From the NCBI GenBank assembly GCA_000708835.1, contig DF237076.1, positions 1 to 64,000 of the forward strand: 64,000 nucleotides of DNA. Direction: 5' to 3'. This document shows, piece by piece, positions 35,456-48,700 of this stretch (position 1 is the first letter of the stretch; each line of letters opens with the position of its first letter). The notes under the pieces were generated by a model, which was given only the letters and a program-made list of their open reading frames with translations, did no database searches and had not been told where the DNA came from. Both the position numbers and the translations under genes were made by a program. This DNA comes from Klebsormidium nitens. Its lineage: Eukaryota > Plantae > Klebsormidiophyceae.

Positions 35456-38400
35456 TTACAACAGGCGGCGCAGCATCGCGGGCAGGCTCCAGGCCGCGGC
35501 CGCCCTCGCCTTGAGCGCGTTGCGCGCGCGCGCGGTGTCGAGCAGGGTCGTCGACGAGCGTTCAATTCCGTGCGACTGCGCGTAGAACTCCAGCAGCTTG
35601 CGGTTGCCCACGCGCCGCGAGAAGATGCTCTTGCGGATGCTGCCGTGGACGCCCCAGTTGGCGTCGACCTGTGGGCGAGCGACACGTGGCGTCAGCTGAC
35701 TCGCGCCCACGAGTTTGGAAGTCCGAAGATTAGTCTTGACTGGCGCCCGAAAGCATCGGAGGGATTGACAAGGTTCGTGGGGTCTAAAATAAAGATGCCA
35801 GAAACGGTCCAATGATTCCTGGGGAGAAAACAATTCGAAAATGTTTCCATCAGAGAAAGTTTAATGAAACGTCAACCTTGCCCCTTGGCCGACGGTGGAA
35901 CCGACGGCTGTGCACACGGCGACACTCATTTGGTCATTTCGTCCTTCTGAGTTTCGACTGTCGTATTGTCGAAAGCCCGCCCTCACCACTTGGCTGATGC
36001 TGTAATCGACGGCGGTGCTCATGATGGTGACGGCTTCGTTCTCCGTTAGCGCGAACAGGTCCATCAGAAAAGAGCGCGTCTCGTTGAACGCGTTCTTGAA
36101 GGCGAGATTCAGGTCGTCGCCGAAACCGGGGGAGCCAACCGTGCTGGGAACCGGCAACTCGTCCAAATAGTTGAGGTAATTGTACCTGGTCAGGCAGGGT
36201 GAGCAATGGTTGTCGAGCAGCATCCTTTAGGCAAACCGCACTAGGAAGCGTCATAAGGTTTGGCAACATCAGGGGTTTCCGTGACTGGTTGAGGCCCGCA
36301 CTACGCTCTGCAATCAGATTCGGAGTTCGCCCGCCCTTAACCAGCCCGTCCTTACTGCCGGCTTGTCACACCAATTGAGGTAGGTTCTGAGCAGCGGTAA
36401 ATCGGATACCTGGCGACAAATCATTGTCTCTCTAATACAAATAATAAGAACGAAAGACCCAGGACGAAAATCGATGAAGTTGAAATCAACCTTGATGTCT
36501 TGCCGAAGTCTGTGCGCACAAAGTTTGTTCTCAGCAGCGGGGACACACTCTGAAAACGCCTTTGTTTCCCCATGTACTCCACACGAACGGCAAAACAAAC
36601 AAAACAAACCAGACTCTGGAACAGTCATTTCTCGTTGCAAAGTATCCCCTTTAACGGAGAACAATGGCCTTCAAGTAAAATTCGCTTCGAAATTCGGAGC
36701 TCACCCGTGCACGACGTATTCGGTGGCGGTCTCGAGCAGCGGGAAGGTGAGCTTGCTGACTTCGGGCGGCAGGTCCGCCTGCTTGATGGTCGTGATGCGG
36801 ACCGTGACCGTCATGGACGTCTCGATCGCGGTGCCGGACAGCTCGCTGTCGCCCTGCGAAGAAGATGCTGACGTCAGCTTGTGACGTAATCCGGGTGGTG
36901 TGGGGGTGCGACATTGGTGCGCAACACTCAACTGCCAAACGAGAATCGGCTTCCGAAATATCTCAGAAAACTTCGGATCCTTTGCTGGTGAAGGTACAAA
37001 GAGTAAGCGCCAGCAATGCTTTGAAGAGGAGCTGTTGAAGAGGTCCGACAGAGGGCGGCCATACGCACACGTCAACGTTCGCTGCACGCCGTTCATACCG
37101 AGTCTTTGCTCTTCACGTACGATCATGCTGCCCCGTCGAATCTAAGAAGGGCCTCAACGCCTCGCGCAGGGGGCAACCTAGCGTCAACTCTTTGAAACCA
37201 CAAAGTTAGGCCCTATGGAGGTTAATTCGTGAGCAGGTTTCCTTCGACTCTCACCTGGGCAGCGTGAGTGTCAGCAATCACGAACTTAGCACCGGGCTCC
37301 TCGATTGCTGCAAACAAGAGAATACGTGGCTCGTTTTTCTTCAAAAAGAAGTCCTGGCAAGGAACGTTGAACAACCCTCTTGAGCTTGCAGGGTTTAAGC
37401 AGCTACTGACGGGCAAAGGAGTCTTTGTTTTCATGCTCCAGAGGACGCGTCTCTTGACCGCGACCCTTTGCGATCGTGAACGTTTGCATCCTGCGACTGG
37501 ACTCCGGTTCAAAGGTCGATCCGAGCCTCTCAGAAGTGCTAACGAGGTCCCCGAAATCGAACGTAAGAACCGCCCAAATCAGCAGGCGACCAACAGGTGT
37601 GCTTACTGTAGTACATGGTCGCCCCCGCGCCGATCCTCCAGTCGTCGACGTTCCCTCCAAAGCGGCTGGGGGGAATGGTGTTGGCGCCCATTGTCCCGTT
37701 AGGAGCGCCCTTAAGGTAGTTCTGGCCGTTTGCAGGCATGACACCTGGCACAAATGCAGCCTGATTGGTTAAGGCCTGCACCTATTTTGAACGTGCATAA
37801 CAGGTGGCAACCGAGAAGAAAGTGGTTGGCTGTAGCATGATCAAGTCGCCGTTGCCGCACCTGTATCTCAGCAGAACGTATGACCGGTTGGCTGTGTCTC
37901 GTCTGCAGGCATGGTGTTTTGGGTCCCCTATCATTGAATCGGCTGTGGAAAGAGTCAACGGTTGCTGGCATGTTTCTTGCAAGTGACGATGTTTATATTT
38001 CAAGGGCTCAAACGGTTCCCCATGAGAAGGAAATGTGAAACCCATCTCCCGTCCCTGTAGAAATGTCCCCGGAAACTGAATCCTTGCCTTTCAGTGGCTT
38101 GACTTCGCGAGTCTTGTAGCGCTTTCCCGTTTAGGATGGGTGTCTGAGCGGCTATAATACGTACGATTCGCCCCGAAAAGCGACTGAATGGTGGACATTT
38201 GCACTGAAAAATCGAATCTTCGAAGAAACTGCCCTGCTGCTCGCTTTCTTACCCATGACTCCGGTGTGCGGGCGCAGGGGGATGCGGAAGTCGAGGTCTG
38301 CCGCCGCGGTGTATGCGATGGGGTCACTCTGTACATTGCGAGGACGGGCTGGATGAGACGATGCTGGCCTTTCGAAAGTGCATTTCCGTGAACCGCCTCT

Positions 38401-41400
38401 GATGTTTCAAAAACGTACGAAAGCAGAACATCGAACTTGCCCTCGACAAACACCCGAAGGAATGCGACGCTAAAAAAGCCGAACTTAGCAGAATCAAGCG
38501 AAATCCACGGGGAAATAGGCGTGCAAAGAGATGTAGCGAAGCGAAAGGTCCTCAAGAGGTGCTTTTAAATTTTAGAAATTTTCCCACGCAGTGACACGCT
38601 CTTTCCCAAAAGCTCACACCCCAAGTGAAGGGGTTCAAACGAATAACAGGACCCGCAACGCACCTGGTTCAGGATTGTCTGGAAGCCTACGGGGTACGTG
38701 ATCTTTGCGTTGCTGTTCACTCCATAGCTGCAAAACACAACAGAATACAATCAGACAAGCCTCCGACAGAGCTGAGCCGAGCTGCGATCCCTGCGTTCAT
38801 GCAACCAGAGCAAGAGTGGCTCCTTCAAACTGGCGGTTACTGTAGGACAAAAGAGCCGCCGTGCTACTTACGACGTTAACCCGAGTTGAGCCCTTGCAAC
38901 AGGGACGAAAAGAAAGAAGAACCGCAGAGCACCGAAAAACTGCAGAAGCGAGCACCTTGTTGTTCCAATTTGGAGGTCCATCCACCAGATGTGGATTTCG
39001 GTTAGTTACATATCACAGGCACAACGTGATCAGCCCACTGGAATGTCGTGACGGGCGCCAAAATCGGGTCAGCAGTCTGGATCTTCTGAGCAGGTGTTTT
39101 AAACGCAAAAGTGGGAGGACTTTTGCAAGGGGGTAAGTGCTCACTCGACGGCGTGCGGGACGATGACCCCCCCATCCACGTTCTGCATGGGCAGGTTGCC
39201 GCGGCCTGCGGGGTCGATCGTTTTTGGCACCGTGAACTGGTACTGGGGAGTCGCCCTGCGTCAGCGTGACGTCGTCGTTTAGCGTCTCATGAATCAAAAA
39301 CGCTTGCCGCATTCCACGAGGGTAAAGAGCATGCGACGGCCCTTTTCCGTACCGAGACTGCCGTCGATACCACAGGGATCAAGGAGTTGCTAACAACTGG
39401 AAAAGAAGCACAGCAGTGAGCTGGCATCACAAACCAAACTCCTTTAACAGAGCAGATCTGATACGACCCTTGGGCCTCGTTCTACAGAATTCGTTTCTAC
39501 GAGACACAGGATCTTAGCGATCGCTGCCAGGGCGCAGGAGAAGGCTTCCAAACCGAAGCAGAAAGCGGCTCTTACCACCAGCCCTCCTTGTCCTCGTTGA
39601 TCTCGTATACGGTGATGGTGGAGTCGTTCCACGGGGTGCCGTCACGGTGACCCACGTCGGGCCGCGCAATGTACCTGCAATCCGACCCAATCGCTTCGCT
39701 TCTTAAGTCTCGATTTTACGTTGAGTTACGTGTATGTTGAGTTAGATCAGTACCCCGGGCACAAACAAACTAAAAACCTAAACCCAAATTTAACGTGCTC
39801 CGCACCCGTACCCACCCTAAACCCCCAAACCAACCCCACCCGTCTCCCGGGCATGACCTAACTCAACATAGCCGTAACTCAACATAAAATCGGGACTACT
39901 CTTCGCTTTGAGGGTAACGTCCGTGAAAGCATTGAATGACTTCGACGCACGAAGAACAGCTTCGCCCTTTGCTTCGCTCGCCTGCTGAAATGCTAGGATT
40001 TGTTGGCTGGCTTAAGAAACAAGCGGTGCTTCCAACCAATGACCAGGTATACCGCTTCATGCCATCAGGAATAAAAGGGTTTCCCAGACAATGGTCGTCG
40101 CTCTGAAAGATCGACGAGGACACTGCTGACTCGGCGAACAAAGCTTCATTGATCTCCACAAGCACAGAACATGATCACTCCGAGGATTGGTGTCAACGAA
40201 GGTTGATTCGGAGAATTCCTTTCTCCAAAACGGCGGCTTTAGATTCAAACGATGTCCGAGCAACTCACCCGAAGTTGGCGATGCGGTTCACACCGTAGCA
40301 CTTGCCGCTCACCGGGTTGAGGCGGGGCTTAATAGACAGGATCTCCACCTGTAAGGATTGCCGAGCATGTCAACAGATTGTCAAAATGCGTCATGACATA
40401 TACTCTGCCACCGAGACAGACTTTTTGAGATGGCTGCTCCTTGAGGCAACTTGCAACAGCTTGCAACCAAATACTGTGCAAACTTCAGAAGTCGAGATCC
40501 TGACCACGTTCACATTTCCCACGCACCTGAAGTACGTCGCCTGGCTCCGCTCCGCAAACGTATATTGGCCTGCGGGAAAGAACCATGACGACTTCAGAAA
40601 CCGGACCGCCCAATCTTCGTGTAGCTTGCTTCCGTACTCTGTGGAATCTTCAGTAAAGACTGGCATGCCTACTGGAAGTAGAGTGCCGCTTAAGCTTAAG
40701 AACAATCGTATGAAGCAAAGCGTCGGATTGCAGGGCAGAACCTCGCCCCAGCATAGATCAGCCGGAATTCTCGTCAGGAAGTTCCATCCTGCCAACCAGG
40801 AGAGAGGAAAGCTGCCAAAAAGCTGAAGCAGAGAACTTAGTGCTTGTTGCTCCATCAGACTCCAGAACATTGTCCGTATCCAGTCGCAGGCAGACTTCGT
40901 TGTAAGCTCCGTTTTGACTCCGCCGATATGCCCCCAAATTTTCTTGAATTGACTAACGGGCATACTTATAATTGCTAGGAAGCTCATGTCCCAAAGCTCG
41001 ATCATCGCCATGCCTGCGCTTGATGGACGTTCTTACAAACCGGTACACGTGGCCACAGAGTGACACTCACCCGGTCACGATGTGAGCGCCAGACCCAGGA
41101 TATTGCGGTACATTCTTCTCAGTGACACTTGTATTGGTTGGCCTGCACGATCAGAAGGAACCTCCAGTTGGTCGGGAGAAGGAAAACTCCGTCCTTTTTC
41201 TTCTCAAGCAGCTGCACACCGTCTGAAAAGGTGGACTTGATGCTCTTTGAGGCATGCATACCAACCAGCATCTGGTCCCGAGAGAAATTGCAAGGTTCGA
41301 TTTGTTTTGGAGGCCAGTTGTGTGCATCTAGCCAGAAGATTTTCCACTTCTAACGGCCCAGAATTGCAATGATGCACTTGCTGAGAGCCAAAAGGATTCG

Positions 41401-43215
41401 AATTTGCCAATAGTCCAAAAGAGTCGTCCATGTTTTGTGCACTCGGGGCGCGTACGTGTGAATACGGCGTTCTGCGCAGGGAATCTTCTGAGCGAGGGTA
41501 AGCTTTTCACACAATGGGGAGGTTTCATATTCGAAATCCATCTGCCAAACAAAGGAGAGCAGTTTTATGACACTGACTGTCATACAGTGCTATAAAGTAT
41601 CAGCACACAGGCCAAGGCGCCACCAGACCTCCAATGCTCAATAGGTCATAGCAAAAGTGAGTTGCACGCATGTTTGTAGATGCCTTTCCAAAAGTCCTGG
41701 GTTGATTCCACGAGCTGCTTACCAGTAGTAAATGTCTTCAATGCCAGGATCACCCTGCAGTAAGAAAATAGAAGCTCTGGATGAGAAGTAACTGAATATG
41801 CAGCGCATAGGACTTATCCCTGTCTTCTTTGCTTTGTTTTGTCTACTTCAAGATTCAGGTCACCTGCATCTAAGAATAGGAACCAGAGACCCCAGGACAG
41901 GGGGGCTGCTTGACAAGTCCACATTTTTTATCCAGCAGTTAATCGCCATGCAAGCTGTGCTGTGACACAGGTTGTGCAAAGTTGCGGCACTACGTTGCAC
42001 CTTAATACACAGGTTATTTTGTCTTCTGTAGTCACACACACTGTCAGCTTGCTGGATCAGTGACTGGAAAGACATTCTCAGAGAGAAAGAGAGTGGTACT
42101 TTGACATGAAGGCATTTGGAAAAGTTAATGGGGCCTTAGAATGATACCGCAAGCTGACCTGGATCATTTTGGCGTACTCGTTCCCCGCCTCGTGTGTGAT
42201 CACCTCCACCGTAATGATGTCCCCTGACTGGACATATGCAACAGGGTCCTTGAAGAGATCGTAGAAGCCCCTGCAGTTGATAGTAAAAGGCAATGTCTTT
42301 GAGATGGGGGATGATGAGAGAACGATACCCTTTTGTTAAAAGAAGATTGGCTGAAGTGATCGTACAACATAGTGTTGCGATCCTTCTTTCGACCCCAATG
42401 ATCGGGAGCTTCATTCAAAGCTCAGCCATTCAAATGGAAACTTTCTGCACAAACGACGGTCTTTTGGAAATGCTGAGGCTGCCGCTGGCAAATAAAGATG
42501 GAAGCAGAAAGGGTTCTGTTGCCGTACAGACTTTGTTGGATTCCAGTCTTCAAGTGTAATAGGAACATTCACATTCAGAGGACTTGACTCTAAACATGTC
42601 CCGCCTTTCCTGGCAAGAGAGCTATGGTCAGCTGCAGTTCAAGTATCTGAGGTGAGCCTTTACAACCCTGCCTCAGATCTGAAGAATCGGTGAGGTGCTC
42701 ACAGACTGAGGGGCTCAGGGGCAAAAAGAAACTGATTGCAATGCACTTCAAGGATGTGTTGAAATGTATGATGGCATCACTTGTGAAAATTGTTCAGAGC
42801 AGCATTGCTTGCATCCAGCACACAGACATTCAATTCCAGGCCTTGTGACGGAGATGATCCACCCCGCTCTGGCCAATGCCATGAGATCCCCATCCCTTTC
42901 ACCAGCGGGTTATCATCAAGGCCATGTCAACCGCGCATTCTCCAATGGTATTCCTTTTCTAGCAGAGTAGCACAGTCACTGTCCGCCAGACTTCCATCAG
43001 CAAATGTGTAGAAAGATCTGAAAACCAAATCGAGCTCACCATCTCACAGTGTCCTTGTTTGCAGCGACATATCTTGTGGACGGCGCAGAGCAGTTTCCTG
43101 GAAGGACCGGGCTGGTGGGGGCCGCCGCAGGGCCCTGCGCGAGCGCCGGAGCTACAAAAACGCAGCAGATCAGGAGCGCGCCAACCAAAAACAGGGCCCC
43201 GTTGGAAGCAGCCAT
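35456..43215 (-). CDS. Acetamidase/formamidase family protein (FmdA/AmdA type) with signal peptide, at least 13 exons
   Basis: ATG 43215 with hydrophobic leader (GALFLVGALLICCVFVAPALA). Spliced motifs: TVRWGF, SGDIITVEVITH, GAHIVTGPIYVCGAEPGDVLQVEIL, FRIPLRPHTGVMG, IPPSRFGGNVDDWRIGAGATMYY, DTHAAQGDSELSGTAIETSM, ISQVVDANWGVH; stop TAA at 35456. Confidence 0.93.
39707..39896. mobile_element. 190-bp MITE-like element with ~50-bp TIRs inside an acetamidase intron
   Basis: Left arm gtctcgattttacgttgagttacgtgtatgttgagttagatca... (39707-) versus the reverse complement of the right arm gtcccgattttatgttgagttacggctatgttgagttaggtca... (-39896). Flanks TAA / TAC. C/A-rich interior with cctaaaccc motifs. 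Confidence 0.8.
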
Positions 43216-44311
43216 GGCTAAGGCAATTGCGGATCGCTTTGCAAGATCGTGGCGCGCAAAGTTGTTTGAGCAAAGCAAGGATTGCAACCGGAGAGCGTGG
43301 CGATTGAGCTCAATTGGGCTGGCTGGAGCTGTTTTGCTTCATGATTGGACAAGATGATGGCAATTCCTGCAAGTACCGCATATGCACAGCTTCGGCAGTA
43401 TTTTCCCTGAATTTTGGCCCTGCATTTTGGCCTCCTTGTTTGAGTTCTGACAGTGGATCCTGTGGCTCCTCCGGTACAAGGTCCAGGTGGCAGGAAGTGA
43501 TCAGGGGTCGAACCAAAGTACAGAAGAATCAACAATTCTGCAGTACAGTTTCTATCCTGTTTCTACCGCTATTCAAGCTACCGGTAGTAGTAGCACGGGC
43601 TAGCTCAGGCTGCTGATTTTAGCACCGCACAACCTCGGTGAGTACCTAGCAAACGCACGAGTATCGTAGGTATAGGTAGGCTGTAGCTCCTTTCAGCGTG
43701 CTGTACTTGCCACACAAAGCCTACTTCTGTAGACTGCATTGCACTGTGCACACATTGTGCAGTAGGTACTACATATCACCTACCTATCTGTGGTAGCCTC
43801 CTAGAGGAGCCTGGACTTGACAACGCAAGCGAGCATTTCGGCTTTCCGTCGCCGCTTCTCAGCCTGAAATGCATTTATGACGCAGCTACCTTACTGGCTT
43901 CAAAACCGCCACGATTGCAATCACGTGGTGCACATGGAGCACCAATCTTCCGCGGTAATGGTCGTACATCGGATATACATTTGCTTCTACCGTTACCATA
44001 GGGTTCTTTTAACAAGGAGCTGGTATACACACTGCTCAGTCTGCTGTAAACAACCCAGCATGTGAGCTGACTGCGTACAGCCTACAGCCTCAGGTGACCG
44101 TGAAGAACGTTCTCAGCTCTGCAAGGCGTTTCTGCAAGGCGCCTGAATTGCACTGGTAGAGCAGAGATCTAAAAGTGGGAGATGATACGGAGAAAAGGCG
44201 AGCATCGTCGCAACAGCTTGAAGGCATGACCAGCTGAATGCTAGTGCTGTGATTCTGAGCTAAAGAAGCAACCATTGGTACTTGTATCTCAACAGCTTTG
44301 TAGTATCTGAA

Positions 44312-45423
44312 ATGAGCGGTCCAAAGCAGAAGAAGGTGCTAGCGTCTCTGCCCGGGGCGGGCCCAGAACCCATCTTTGAGAGTGCGCGCTTCCAATCGAG
44401 ATTTAGGGTTTTCACCATTCTTTTCACCATAGGGGCCACTTGTGCGCTGGTGACGTCAGACTTTGGGGACAGGGACCATGTATTCAGTGGGGTGAGCTTT
44501 CTCTGCTATCGTTTCTTATTCTTCAGTATGATGTTGGTTCTGACGGAAGTGGTGGTTGTGTCTGTTAATATATCTAGATTTGAATTAGATGCTGGTCTCC
44601 AAAAGTGTTGAAAAGCGGCTGTGACACCTCATGGTCCAAAAGGTGGTGTGATATTGGAACCTGTGGACGATTGGACATTGTCTTTCGAACAGAGTTGCAG
44701 ACTTTGAACCGAGGGCCACTCCAACCTATACTCTTGGATCAAATTGCGATCTGACTTGGTTTCAAAACGGTGGTGGTGTCAAAGGTTCTCTTGGAAACGG
44801 GCTGCGGTTGACTGGCCTTGGGTCTACATTGGCTCGTGAATGTGGTGTATTCTGAGAAATTTGCAGAGATTGTCCCGTATTGGCCTTGGATGCTCCTTGT
44901 TTGCAACTTAACCTGATGACCTTCCAAACCACATGCTTGACCAGAATTCTAGTGTCAGCGGAACGTGTTCAACGTTTCTTTACAATCTCATCCGGCAAGT
45001 TGAAGGTATGGCTTTGGGCTGAATAGCTGAGGGTATTACTGCATTTTGGGAAGGCTCATCAGGATTGCGATTTGCTTTTATTGAATTTCCTCTCACCATC
45101 ATTGCATTGGGCACGACAAGCGGATGGTGGTGACAATTGTCGTCAATCCCAACAACTCTGGTTTTCAGAGGGGCATCTGTGGCTGGTGAACCTTATTGTG
45201 CCACCCATATACAAGAATAGCGCGTTTTGATTTATAGCCAGTCCCTTTTGCATCAATATAAGCCGCGCTGTCCCATCAAATGAACAGAACACTGTTCCGT
45301 TTCTTGCAGGTCAAGCGCTTGATCGGACAGGGCCTGGACCGCTTGTTCCAGTTGGACGAGAAAGATCTAGAGGAGGTACATAGGCGTGCAGCAGAAAAGC
45401 GGGCGCGTGGCGGGCAGCTCTGA
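44312..45423 (+). CDS. Small (97 aa) single-pass membrane protein of unknown function
   Basis: Two exons, 44312-44491 (GGG|gtgagc) and 45310-45423 (ttgcag|GTC..TGA): MSGPKQKK..RFRVFTILFTIGATCALVTSDFGDRDHVFSGVKRLIGQGLDRLFQLDEKDLEEV..*. Confidence 0.8.
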
Positions 45424-45707
45424 GTGGCATCTGTGTGGCTCTGAGTGGGTCCCGAACACTGCTGCAACTTCCGACGCCCAGCTGCTGTCACAAAGGGGCA
45501 CTTGGGGCACGGCATTCGAAAGATTAGCAACAACAAAACGTTGACAGCAGAAAGAGTCTGACTGCCGGATTTCTCAAGCTGAGGGCTCATGCGCAAAGCC
45601 GCAAGGCTGGACACCTGTCACCTTAGTAAGCATGAGATCCTGACGATGGACTAGTTCCCGGAGGTCAGACAGCTGTCAAAGACTGGGATCAGCCAGGAGG
45701 CTTCGTG

Positions 45708-48700
45708 ATGGGCACGGTAGAGCTGTGCCGACTCAGAGTCGGCTCACTCTCGGGTCTCGGTGCTGAGGCCGAATGTTTGGCGGTCAATCAAAAAGAATCC
45801 ATCCCTGGGGGGCTTAGATGTAGCAGTAAGAGTAACTCCAGTTTTGTAAAAGCTTCTAGCGGACTGAGGGCAGCTTTGTTCGACAAGCAAACAGCGCAAA
45901 GGACAAGGTGTCTTTGCGAAAAACATCGAGGAGCTCCCCTTGGATTAACAAACTGGGCCTACCTGGCCGCAGCTGGTGTTCAGGTTTGTCGATTCTCAAG
46001 GGGAATAGTAAGCAGCACTGGTTCTTACAGCAGTGGTCCTCGTCTAAGATCAGCGCTGAGAGTCTCAGCTCCAGAGAGTCCAGCAAGCACTGTAGAGATT
46101 GTCCCCAATGATAAAACCATACCAGCAAGCAGCATAGAACTGCGACAAGAGGATGAGAAGATACAGAGGCTTCGAGAGTGGCTCCTGCAACTAGGATGGG
46201 ACGATTGCGGGCTCGCTGTTTTCGGGGGAGGCGTGGGAGGCTATGCTGCGTATGCGAAAGAGGAAGGCGTCGAAGAGGGAGACGAGATTGTGAGAGTGCC
46301 GGAACCGGCGCTCATGACTGTAGAGGTGAGGGCTCGTATCTCTTCTTTTTGCTTTGAACCTGGCTTCTTTAGAGAGTGAAAATCAAAATAGTATGCGGAA
46401 GGCTGATGAGATTTGCGATCTGTGGGGTCGATGTTTCACACAAGTTCGTTATGGAGGGAGCGAGTTTCTTTTCTGCCTGCTTTTCTACTTTCTTTATCGG
46501 CAAAGTGAAATGACGTCGCGCGTTTAGACCCTTTGGCTGGTGATAAACAATCCAGTCTCAACAAACGAGTGCCTGAAACCGTTTGCTGCATGACAGGCAG
46601 GGGAGGCAAAACCATTCCTTGCCAAAACCAGTTCGCCCATGACAAGAACCGGTCGTGTGGCTCAGAAAGCCACACCATTTCTGCTTTGTTCTGCCATTGT
46701 CTCAATGCAGTACTGAACGCTTACGATCCAATCTGATCCGAACGCTTACGAAACGATCTGATCCGAAAGACACAATCCCTTCGTAAACGAGCCTCCGATG
46801 TCGTATCCGACGTCAGTGCTTTCATCGCAACCGGTAATCGAGAAAAATCTGTCTCTGAAATGGCGCCTGATTCTTGCAGACCGCCGCGCGCTGCCCCCTT
46901 CTCGGGCCCCTCATTCTCGCCCACGGCCTCACCCCCTGGCAAGCGCTCTCCGCGCACCTCCTTTGCGAACGCGCATGCGGGGACAGCTTTTGGGCGCCGT
47001 ACGTTTCTGCGCTCCCGTCCGAATCGGACATGGAGTGGGCGCACCCGCTGCTTTGGGCGACCGAGGAGAGGCGTGAGTGGCTAGAGGGGTCGCCGACGCT
47101 CGGGGTGCTGGAAAACAGGCTCGAGCAGTGCAGGTATGAGCTTGTGCTGTGCATACGAATCTCACTCGTCGAAGGCGAACGGAAAATGTAGGGCTTGTGC
47201 CAGGGTGCCGTGTCCTCTTCTGTTCCGCAGTGATGAGGCCGTCTTATAGCACAACCACGGATTATGCTTCCTTTTTCGAGCGCTTCGAACGTGATACTTC
47301 ACGGAAGACACAATCCTGCAAACGCCCACTTTGAGCTTCAATCTGTTTCTGATTTCGTAGGCTCTACACTTCATAGCTTCAATCATCCATCCGCAGAGTC
47401 TGGCGCAATCTTTGAGCTCATGATCCGTCGTTTGTCGATTCAACTTCAGCAGGAAATTGTGTGGCACTTTTTTCTTAATCATTTACCACCCGTCACCATG
47501 AAGCCGACAAACGACCACCATTTATGATCAGGTCAGACTGGGAGGCGCTGGAACAGGCCGGTGTGTCCGCAGCCCTTGCGGACGAGTTCGGACGGGACGT
47601 CGTGACGGAAGCGTCCGTCCGGTGGGCGGCCGCGATCCTTCTCAGCCGGTCCTTTTCGCTAGACTTAGATCTTGACAGGGACGGGGTAAGCTTATTTTCC
47701 TTCCTTCTCCTTTCTCCCGTTAAATATTTCATGGTTCGCGGCAAGGCTTACTGCACGATTTCCGCCTTCTCCTTGGAGATGTTCTGACAGGTTTGAAGGT
47801 GCTCTTTCCGGTGGAATTGCTAGGAGGGTAGTCCTGAACCTTTGGAGTTGACTTTCTCTGTGAGAACGTGGTATCTCTTGTGGCCTGAGTGCCGCCCGAC
47901 CTTGGCATACCCAGTTTGACTCCGCGTAAAGGATTCAGAACGTTCCCGCTCATAAACCGACTGCTTCGTCTGGATACCACCCACCGTCATCCCCTCGATC
48001 GCTGTTCCTCGAACGCTCGTGCAATCTTATCGTAGTTCCTGTTTCTTCTCTTCGGTCCCAATTATGGAAACCCATGAAATCTTTCGTTGCAGCCAAGGCT
48101 CGCGCTCGTCCCGTGGGCCGATCTCCTCAACCACAGCAGCGAAGCGACCGGGGCCTCGTGCCTGGTGTTCGACGACGAGACACGTGTCGCCACCCTGAGG
48201 GCCCACACCGACTACTCCGCCGGTCAGCAGGTCTTCGATTCTTACGGCCCGGGACTCTCCCCCGGGCAGTTGTTTCTTGACTACGGGTTTGTCGACTGGG
48301 AGAATGTACCGGTTCTTGTGGAATTGCCGGCGTCAGTTCTCGGGAAGGTGAAGGGGAAGGCGAACCGGTCGCTGCTGCGAAGAGTGGGGCTTCCACAAGG
48401 TAAGCGAGCGGCGATGTTCTACTGAAGATGTCGTCTCTTTCATAGTTGGAAGCAGGAATGTCGCTGCACTGGAGTACGTTATGCTTGAAGTTGGCAAAGC
48501 AATTCAGAGCTCACCTTGGAAGACTGTTCCATTGACATGCGGTTTTACGGCTGGCGCCGCTGATGCTGATATCGCTTGCTAAGAGTGGGCCTGAAGTAGA
48601 TGAGGACGGAAGGATTCAGTGAACAAGAACGCATATCCGACGCTTTTCTGCAGGACAGTCAATCATTGCTGCTCGGACGCTACAGCTCGCAGCGTCCTTC

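Noticed and set aside
40302-41011. 206-aa minus and 174-aa plus ORFs inside the acetamidase gene as a possible nested gene or intron-encoded protein
   Set aside because: They overlap a real small exon (PIYVCGAEPGDVLQ, about 40575-40531) in another frame and show no recognisable motif or coding-like composition.
43660-43800. Short inverted repeats (ataggtagg/cctacctat, tgcac-rich hairpin) as a MITE
   Set aside because: Matches are only about 9 bp with no extended TIR or TSD.
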